This document shows, piece by piece, positions 57,854 to 64,000 of a stretch of 64,000 nucleotides of DNA. Location of the stretch: the sequence record NC_026927.1; one strand, 5' to 3'. A model generated the notes under the pieces. That model saw only the letters and a program-made list of their open reading frames with translations. It was not told the DNA's origin and searched no databases. Each line of letters starts with the position of its first letter. Position 1 is the stretch's first letter. The translations under genes were made by a program, and so were the position numbers.

Positions 57854-58459
57854 ATGACAGAAGCGACAGAAACCAAGAAACCGCGTAGCGCACGAAAGGC
57901 ACGCAAACCAGCGGCACCCAAAGTCCCTACCTCCCTACCAAACAATCCTTTGATGTTTGAGATTCTTGACATGGCATCCCGTACTAGGGGTACTGAAAAG
58001 AAGGTAGATGTTCTCAAGAGATACGGGTGTGGTGCTCTAAAGGCACTATTCATCTGGAACTTTGATGAAACTGTAGAGTCTGCTCTACCACCAGGTGAGG
58101 TTCCCTACTCTGGATATGAAGAACAGCATGTATACAGTGGAACACTAACTGATAAGATTGAAGAGTCTTCACGTCAGATGTATGAGAATGGAAGTTTCTC
58201 ATTGGGTTCTACTGATGCCAACGCTAAGACTACACTAAGGGCACAATGGAAGAACCTCTATCACTTTGTTGAGGGTGGTAATGGTGGTCTATCTAAAACA
58301 CGTCGTGAGATGATGTTTATCAACCTCCTAGAATCTGTTCATCCCCTGGAAGCAGAGATCCTCATCCTAGTCAAGGATAAGGAACTTGACACCAAGTATA
58401 AGGTTCCCTTTGAGGTTGTAGAAGAAGCATTCCCCGAGATCCAATGGGGAGGACGTTGA
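57854..58459 (+). CDS. Conserved T4-like cyanophage hypothetical protein
   Basis: LFIWNFD...LPPGEVPY and RREMMFINLLESVHP.EAEIL. Confidence 0.75.
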   Translation: MTEATETKKPRSARKARKPAAPKVPTSLPNNPLMFEILDMASRTRGTEKKVDVLKRYGCGALKALFIWNFDETVESALPPGEVPYSGYEEQHVYSGTLTDKIEESSRQMYENGSFSLGSTDANAKTTLRAQWKNLYHFVEGGNGGLSKTRREMMFINLLESVHPLEAEILILVKDKELDTKYKVPFEVVEEAFPEIQWGGR

Positions 58460-58485
58460 CATAAATACAAAGGATATGTTATAAT
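58456..58485 (+). promoter_or_regulatory. Nested early and late promoters
   Basis: TTGACA-N18-TATAAT with TG extension, and CATAAATA (58460-67) inside the spacer. Confidence 0.85.
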
Positions 58486-58492
58486 ATCCACA

Positions 58493-58578
58493 CGTTCAAC
58501 CCACTTCGGTGGGTCGCAAGTAAGTCGCGGAACGGATTCGTTCATCCAGGAAACTGGACGCAAACGACTGAAGGAACG
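58493..58578 (+). ncRNA. Tandem glutamine-riboswitch-like element (Downstream-peptide/glnA class)
   Basis: Two CGTTCA...CGCA...GGAACG units with P1 CGTTC/GAACG and P2 hairpins closed by TTCG and GAAA tetraloops, upstream of a DUF4278-like ORF. Confidence 0.75.
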
Positions 58579-58612
58579 GGTTTTAACTAACCTCAACTTC
58601 AGGAGTACTACT

Positions 58613-58780
58613 ATGAACACTCTCGCACTCATCAAAAAGCAGATCAACAAAGCTGCCGCACTTCACAACGCTCAGATTTCTCACACCGCCTATCGTGGTG
58701 TTGAGTATGATGTTAGTTGTGATCAGTCTTCCGAGACACATGGCACTTTCTGCTACCGCGGACGCACTTATAACAAGTGA
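58613..58780 (+). CDS. DUF4278-family peptide (55 aa)
   Basis: Translated by hand: two YRG motifs (AYRGVEY, CYRGRTY). AGGAG RBS. Confidence 0.85.
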   Translation: MNTLALIKKQINKAAALHNAQISHTAYRGVEYDVSCDQSSETHGTFCYRGRTYNK

Positions 58781-58801
58781 GTCCTAACTGAATAGTGTAG
58801 G

Positions 58802-58842
58802 AAAGGGAAGGACTTGTTTCTTCCCTTTTTTTGTGCTATAAT
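58802..58842 (+). terminator. Terminator followed by an extended -10 box
   Basis: AAAGGGAAG/CTTCCCTTT plus T-run, then TG-C-TATAAT (58834-42). Confidence 0.8.
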
Positions 58843-58863
58843 ATAAACAAGTATTCTATCATC

Positions 58864-59043
58864 ATGGACACAGACAAAGTAAAGTTTCTCATTCAATCCA
58901 TAGAGGTTCTCATTGATGAACTAAAATCAGAAGTATATGCTGAGGGTGAAACTTTTAAAGTAAGTGAAACCCAGTACTCAGAGGAATCAGAAATTCCAAC
59001 GACTATAACAAACTTTTATCCTGAAGTGACGGACGATCTATGA
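58864..59043 (+). CDS. Small hypothetical protein (MDTDKVKFLIQSIEVLIDELKSEVY)
   Basis: ATG 58864; stop overlaps the thyX start. Confidence 0.65.
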   Translation: MDTDKVKFLIQSIEVLIDELKSEVYAEGETFKVSETQYSEESEIPTTITNFYPEVTDDL

Positions 59044-59792
59044 AACCAGTCAAGGCAGATACACTCCTCAAACTAGATCCTCACCAGAAGGTTGAGATGA
59101 TCCGTTGTACTCCCAACCCACAGCAACTTGTGTTTATGGGTGGTAAGAATGACTATAGTGAGTTACCTATTGAAGACACAGACATTCCTCAAGAGAAGGA
59201 GTGTGGTGAGTGGGTTATTGAGCAACTCTTAGCGAACGAGAGAGGACACTGGGGACCCCTAGAACACCCCTCTATCACCTTCTCCTGTAGTGGGTTCGTT
59301 CATAATGTTATCGTTCAGGCAAGAACCCATAGAGTAGGTATTAGTTTTGATGTACAATCACAACGATATACCTGCAAGAGAATCATAAAAGTAGCAGAGG
59401 GGAAACTATCACCCCAGTCAGTATTCTATGTGAGACCTCCTGGTTTCTATACTAATAGGAAGGGGAAGAAGTACGAATGGATAGACGCAGACTATCAAAC
59501 TCAGTTAGGTCTCTGTCAGGCTGCAGCTGAACGATTTGCTCGTCAGTTTGAGAATGGTGTATCTGAAGAACACGCTCGTGATTATCTACCACAGAACATT
59601 CGTCAGAACTTTGTAGTCACCTTTAGTCTTCGTTCTCTGTTACACTTCCTAGACCTTCGAGCTAAACTAGATGCTCAGTTGGAAATCCAAGCTCTATGTG
59701 AGGCTATGATTGAACCTACTAAGACCTGGATTCCTGAAATCTTTGAATACTACTCAGAGAAAAGACTACACAGGGCAAGACTTGCCCCCTAA
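59040..59792 (+). CDS. thyX: FAD-dependent thymidylate synthase
   Basis: GHWGPLEH, RTHRVGISFDVQSQRY, EHARDYLP, HFLDLRA. Confidence 0.95.
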   Translation: MKPVKADTLLKLDPHQKVEMIRCTPNPQQLVFMGGKNDYSELPIEDTDIPQEKECGEWVIEQLLANERGHWGPLEHPSITFSCSGFVHNVIVQARTHRVGISFDVQSQRYTCKRIIKVAEGKLSPQSVFYVRPPGFYTNRKGKKYEWIDADYQTQLGLCQAAAERFARQFENGVSEEHARDYLPQNIRQNFVVTFSLRSLLHFLDLRAKLDAQLEIQALCEAMIEPTKTWIPEIFEYYSEKRLHRARLAP

Positions 59793-59820
59793 ATATTTTT
59801 ATGTCTAATGGAGGACTATT

Positions 59821-60063
59821 TTGGCGAAATTTGATGTGATCAATAAAGACACTGGGGAGACTAAAATCATTGATGTTAGTGTCCATGAAATCACCCAGTG
59901 GTATGAAGATAATAAACCTTGGGTTCGTGACTGGTCACAGGGATGTGCTGGCGGGGGTGAGATTGGTGATTGGAGAGACACTCTAAGAAAGAAAGCACCA
60001 GGTTGGAATGATGTATTGGGTGTAGCCGCCTCACAGAGAGGCTCCCGAGTCAAGAAGCTCTGA
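59821..60063 (+). CDS. Small conserved protein upstream of phoH
   Basis: TTG start after GGAGG. Confidence 0.65.
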   Translation: MAKFDVINKDTGETKIIDVSVHEITQWYEDNKPWVRDWSQGCAGGGEIGDWRDTLRKKAPGWNDVLGVAASQRGSRVKKL

Positions 60064-60088
60064 TTTTTAGTATTATTGTATAGTTATT

Positions 60089-60856
60089 ATGGCCGCTAGA
60101 AAGAAAAGAACATCTGCGAACTCCAACATTGGGGTAGGACTTACTACCAAGCAGATGAAGAGGAAGAAACCAATCAATAGTGACTTCCTCACCAGAATTG
60201 AACCCATGACGGATAACCAGAAGTTGTTATTCGATGAGTATGATAAGGGACAACACATTGTTGCCTATGGTTCTGCTGGTACTGGTAAGACCTTTGTAAC
60301 CCTCTACAAGGCGTTGAAAGAAGTATTAGATGAAAGGACACCTTATGAGAAAGTATATCTCGTCAGGTCTCTTGTAGCAACCAGAGAGATTGGTTTCCTT
60401 CCTGGTGACCATGATGATAAGGTAGCTATCTATCAGATTCCATATAAGAATATGGTGAAGTATATGTTTGCAATGCAGACAGACTCTGACTTTGAAATGT
60501 TATATGGAAACCTAAAGTCACAAGAGACTCTAAGTTTCTGGAGTACCTCATTCCTTCGTGGTACTACACTAGACAAGGCAGTTATCATCGTAGATGAGTT
60601 CCAGAACCTCAACGCACACGAACTTGATTCCATCATGACTCGTGTTGGTGAGGATACTAAGATTCATTTCTGTGGTGATGCAACTCAGTCTGACCTTACC
60701 AAGGCGTCAGAAAGAACAGGTATCATGGACTTCATGGCTATTCTAGAAAGAATGCCCTCTATCAGTAAGATTGAGTTTGGTCTAGATGATATTGTTAGAT
60801 CTGGTTTGGTTAAAGAATACCTAACTGCTAAGGCAGAGTCTGGTATTGAGATCTGA
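60089..60856 (+). CDS. phoH: PhoH-family ATPase
   Basis: Walker A GSAGTGKT, REIGFLPG, FLRGTT, IVDEFQN, DIVRSGLVK. Confidence 0.95.
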   Translation: MAARKKRTSANSNIGVGLTTKQMKRKKPINSDFLTRIEPMTDNQKLLFDEYDKGQHIVAYGSAGTGKTFVTLYKALKEVLDERTPYEKVYLVRSLVATREIGFLPGDHDDKVAIYQIPYKNMVKYMFAMQTDSDFEMLYGNLKSQETLSFWSTSFLRGTTLDKAVIIVDEFQNLNAHELDSIMTRVGEDTKIHFCGDATQSDLTKASERTGIMDFMAILERMPSISKIEFGLDDIVRSGLVKEYLTAKAESGIEI

Positions 60857-60886
60857 TGTGGTATAATAGTATTGTCTTTACTATAG

Positions 60887-61567
60887 ATGATGCCATTTAT
60901 TCACAGCCCTATTGATCTACCAAACCTTGAGAGGTACCCTATCAACGGGGTTCGGTATTATAAAGTACCAGATGGAGATACACTACACACTCTAGTGTCA
61001 GTAACCTCTGTAACTTCACACTGGAAGGCAGACTTCTTCCGTAAGTGGAGAGCAAAGGTTGGTGAAGAGGAAGCTAATCGTATAACAAATAGAGCAACAA
61101 CTAGGGGTACAGACATGCACCTACTAACTGAACACTATTTGAGGAACGAGACTCTACCAAAGGCAAAGGTTCCTATTGCCGATCTCCTATTCAAGATAGC
61201 TAAACCAGAGTTGGATAAGATCAACAATATCATTGTCCAAGAACAGGCAATGTATAGTTTGAAACTTGGTATCGCTGGTACTCCTGATTGTATTGCTGAC
61301 TACAATGGGGAGTTATCCATCATTGACTTTAAGACATCAGCCAGACCCAAACCCAGAGAGTGGATTGAAGGTTACTTTGTTCAGGCATCAGCATACGCTT
61401 GTATGTTGTATGAACTCACAGGACTAAAGGCTAAGAACCTAGTTATTATTATGGCGTGTGAAGATGGTGAGTGTGTGGTATATGAAGAGCGTGATATAAT
61501 GAAGTACGCAAGACTACTTCACCAATACATTACCAAATTTGTAAACGACAAACTAGAGGAACTATGA
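60887..61567 (+). CDS. PD-(D/E)XK (Cas4-like) exonuclease
   Basis: RGTDMH, AGTPDCIA...IIDFKTS, YFVQASAY. Confidence 0.88.
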   Translation: MMPFIHSPIDLPNLERYPINGVRYYKVPDGDTLHTLVSVTSVTSHWKADFFRKWRAKVGEEEANRITNRATTRGTDMHLLTEHYLRNETLPKAKVPIADLLFKIAKPELDKINNIIVQEQAMYSLKLGIAGTPDCIADYNGELSIIDFKTSARPKPREWIEGYFVQASAYACMLYELTGLKAKNLVIIMACEDGECVVYEERDIMKYARLLHQYITKFVNDKLEEL

Positions 61568-61827
61568 GCAAAGAAGAGTTTAATAAAGTATTGGAGGAGA
61601 AGTTTATCACCCCCATTCATTTCTCCTATGAGGTGGAGAAGATTGTATTGAAGGAAAAGGTTAACTATATTGATGGTATCCTTCTCTATTGTGAGAGGGA
61701 AAGTATTGAGGTAGAAGCTATTCCCAAACTGATGACTAAACCCCTCAAGGAGAAGCTGAAAATTGATGCCAATCGCTTGAACTTTATGAAGTCCAGAAAC
61801 TTCTCTATGGCAAAGTTACCACTCTGA
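61564..61827 (+). CDS. gp33: Late transcription coactivator gp33
   Basis: VNYIDGIL.YCERESIEVE..PKL.TKPLKEKL; T4-like synteny with gp59. Confidence 0.85.
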   Translation: MSKEEFNKVLEEKFITPIHFSYEVEKIVLKEKVNYIDGILLYCERESIEVEAIPKLMTKPLKEKLKIDANRLNFMKSRNFSMAKLPL

Positions 61828-61867
61828 TCTTTATTATTATATGATGTACATTCGAGGAACAGGTACA

Positions 61868-62455
61868 GTGAAACCATTTGAAGTTTATACAACATACCTG
61901 GCTCTGAAACGCCATTTTAGTAGTTCCTACGATTATTTTAAGTATAGGGGAAAAACAAGGTGTTCTGAATCTTCCTTCTACTCCCGCAAAGACCGATACT
62001 TCTTCGAGCGCATGAGTAGGAAGCTTAGCGACGAAGAAGTAAAACTCTACTTCCTCTCTTGTTTCTTAGCAACTGATAACCCCTCTTCTATTTGGGTTGG
62101 TGAGATCATGAGAACCGGGGAGGATAACTTTAGAGAACTAGTCAAGAGGCATCAAAGTATGTCTTACATATTCACACAGGAGTGTGAAGCAATTTTTTCA
62201 CAACATAAGCTCCCAGAGGCATTCGACGCCACAATGGGTCACCCCCCAATTTTGAAGGGATATCTACGGGGAGAGGTGAGTATTGAGACTTTAGTGATAC
62301 TCGAAATGATCTTTGGGTTCTCCAAGAACTTAGATCGTAAACTAAAAGATCCTGTATGGGACATAGTGTGTATGAAAATGAAGAAATACCGCCCGTTCCT
62401 GAATATAGCTTTAGATAAGTATAAGAAGATTCTAAGAAACATAGTGTATGTCTGA
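61868..62455 (+). CDS. gp59: Helicase loader gp59
   Basis: FEVYTTYLALKRHF...YDYFKY.GK and ETLVIL. The start is GTG 61868 or ATG 61841. Confidence 0.9.
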   Translation: MKPFEVYTTYLALKRHFSSSYDYFKYRGKTRCSESSFYSRKDRYFFERMSRKLSDEEVKLYFLSCFLATDNPSSIWVGEIMRTGEDNFRELVKRHQSMSYIFTQECEAIFSQHKLPEAFDATMGHPPILKGYLRGEVSIETLVILEMIFGFSKNLDRKLKDPVWDIVCMKMKKYRPFLNIALDKYKKILRNIVYV

Positions 62456-63058
62456 GAACAACAGAGCTATACTAAGTGATATAGATATGTTATAATAGAA
62501 ATAATTACACTCTTACTATGTGGTATGTGTATCTATATCTAAGAGAAGATAGAACCCCTTACTATGTGGGTAAGGGGATCAGAAATAGGTGCCATGCCAA
62601 AAACAGAATCTGTGAGGTTCCCCCCGACGATAGGATTACTATCGTAAAGTATTTCCAAGATGAAGATGAAAGTTATGCGTATGAAGAATGGCTGATAAGA
62701 TTATACGGAATAAAAAGAACTGGTGGAATATTAGAAAATAAAACAATAGGTAGGAGTGGTAGTAAAACTCTACATAGAACCGAAGTGGAACTAAAAGAAA
62801 GAAGAAAGGAGGTTTCTAAGAAATATAGACAAAGTGATAAGGGGAAGGAAACAAGACAAAATAATATGGAAAATATCAGAGCGAGGAAGAAAAGATATGC
62901 GAAGAAGAACAGAGAGAAACTAAGAGAATACCAGAGAGAGTGGAGAGAGAAAAATAAAGAGAAGTATAACGAATACCAAAAGAATCTAATGAGAAAGAGG
63001 AAAGGTGTGTTATAATGTATAATAAATATCAGGTAAAGCAATATAGTGTATGTCTGAG
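62441..63058 (+). mobile_element. Endonuclease cassette bounded by a 16-bp direct repeat
   Basis: ATAGTGTATGTCTGAG occurs at 62441-56 and 63043-58. Confidence 0.7.
62518..63015 (+). CDS. GIY-YIG-like free-standing homing endonuclease with a basic helical C-terminus
   Basis: YVYLYLREDRTPYYVGKG...R...E..LI; own TG-T-TATAAT promoter at 62488-96. Confidence 0.75.
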   Translation: MWYVYLYLREDRTPYYVGKGIRNRCHAKNRICEVPPDDRITIVKYFQDEDESYAYEEWLIRLYGIKRTGGILENKTIGRSGSKTLHRTEVELKERRKEVSKKYRQSDKGKETRQNNMENIRARKKRYAKKNREKLREYQREWREKNKEKYNEYQKNLMRKRKGVL

Positions 63059-63418
63059 TTTTTCGATTCCGAACAAGTACAGAAAGCTCTAAGCGAAATA
63101 GCTTTCCTACAGAATAAGGTGATGATGTTCACTGCTGTTGCTGCCTTCGCTGATGAAGAAGAACAGAGAGAGAATATCATGACACTCAGATTACTTCTGA
63201 GCAAACAGGAAAACATGTATAACAGATGTGCTCTGAGCGATAGTGAAGAAGCTAAAGAGTTAATGATAGAAGTGATGAAACACTTCTCTGAGCATGATAT
63301 TCCTACAAATCAACCAATGGGTGAAGTATTCAAAGCAATCCGTGAAAGGGTTGATGATATTGAAAACGATCTCAACCGGTTCATAGAAGAAGGGGAAACA
63401 GATCCCTGGTTCTTCTAA
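63050..63418 (+). CDS. DUF1825-like conserved protein
   Basis: MSEFFDSEQVQ N-terminus; usual position between gp59 and gp32. Confidence 0.7.
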   Translation: MSEFFDSEQVQKALSEIAFLQNKVMMFTAVAAFADEEEQRENIMTLRLLLSKQENMYNRCALSDSEEAKELMIEVMKHFSEHDIPTNQPMGEVFKAIRERVDDIENDLNRFIEEGETDPWFF

Positions 63419-63436
63419 GGTGTGTTATAATATAGT

Positions 63437-63919
63437 ATGAAATACCTTGACATGTATTCCGTATATCCTGATGGTAAAGTCCTGAGGGAAGACGGGAAGG
63501 AGATGAAACACTATACTAATCAGTATGGTTATAAGTTTGCCTCCCTAAAATGTGAGGACGGAAAGTTCCGTACCTTCTATATTCACAGAATGGTGGGTGA
63601 AGAGTGGTTGACAAACCCCTCTAACCTGCCTATAATAATGCATATCGATGATGACCCTTCTAATAACCACTGGACTAACCTTCAGTGGGGCACACAGAAG
63701 GACAACATCCGTGATATGATGAAGAAGGGTAGGAGAGGGAAACCTGTGGTGGTAAAACACTATAAACTTCTATCCCCAGAGGGGAAAGTGTATGAAGTCA
63801 CTAACATGAAGGAGTTCTGTAAGGGTAAAAATCTTAGCTCTAGCAGTATGACTGGAATGTATCGTGGCTATCAGGGAAGAACCCAACACAAGGGTTGGAC
63901 TCGATATACTGAAACCTAA
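63437..63919 (+). CDS. HNH homing endonuclease (I-HmuI/HNH_3-like)
   Basis: FYIHRMV...IMHIDDDPSNNHWTNLQWGTQKDN; own TG-T-TATAAT promoter at 63423-31. Confidence 0.88.
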   Translation: MKYLDMYSVYPDGKVLREDGKEMKHYTNQYGYKFASLKCEDGKFRTFYIHRMVGEEWLTNPSNLPIIMHIDDDPSNNHWTNLQWGTQKDNIRDMMKKGRRGKPVVVKHYKLLSPEGKVYEVTNMKEFCKGKNLSSSSMTGMYRGYQGRTQHKGWTRYTET

Positions 63920-63931
63920 ATATCCAGTGGC

Positions 63932-63960
63932 TTGGCATCCACAATATTATCGTGTATAAT
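63932..63960 (+). promoter_or_regulatory. Sigma70-type early promoter for the next gene (outside the window)
   Basis: TTGGCA-N17-TATAAT. Confidence 0.75.
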
Positions 63961-64000
63961 ATGAAAGTTCAGCCGTTATCCAACGAATCTAAAACATCCT

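Noticed and set aside
60060-60089. Pho box upstream of phoH
   Set aside because: No tandem TTAACC-like direct repeats are visible.
60887-61567. Cas4 as evidence of a CRISPR system
   Set aside because: It is a stand-alone PD-(D/E)XK nuclease in the usual T4-like cyanophage core position, with no cas genes or array.
1-64000. Many minus-strand and nested ORFs in the supplied track (e.g. 33981-34559, 43889-44713, 11035-11364)
   Set aside because: They are shadows of repetitive or highly biased + strand genes, with no RBS, promoter or recognisable motifs.
1-64000. tRNA genes
   Set aside because: No cloverleaf with a T-loop GTTCRA and matching acceptor stem was seen in the intergenic gaps (manual scan only; tRNAscan-SE would be decisive).

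Overview
This is a 64-kb segment of a T4-like cyanomyovirus (Kyanoviridae-type) genome, and every credible gene is on the + strand. In order it contains: (1) a 10-gene glycan-modification cluster (GT11, methyltransferase, GT6, two sulfotransferases, GT8-like, capsule-synthesis GT, epimerase, GT25); (2) a photosynthesis/AMG island (hli, petF, hli, psbA with a PhotoRC-II-like leader, psbD, talC) that also holds a mosaic tail-fibre gene and a small type IV pilin operon; (3) about 33 kb of giant virion fibre/structural genes (3967, 1868, 2518 and 1586+ aa, plus two tail-collar fibres); (4) a second glyco/LRR insert; and (5) the T4-like core (thyX, phoH, PD-(D/E)XK nuclease, gp33, gp59, DUF1825) with two homing-endonuclease insertions and a tandem glutamine-riboswitch-like element ahead of a DUF4278 peptide. 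The most unusual signals are the 3967-aa protein, whose 31 repeat domains are nested inside one another like perfectly balanced brackets, and the phage-borne pilin operon. All calls are from motif recognition and manual parsing; no database searches were run.
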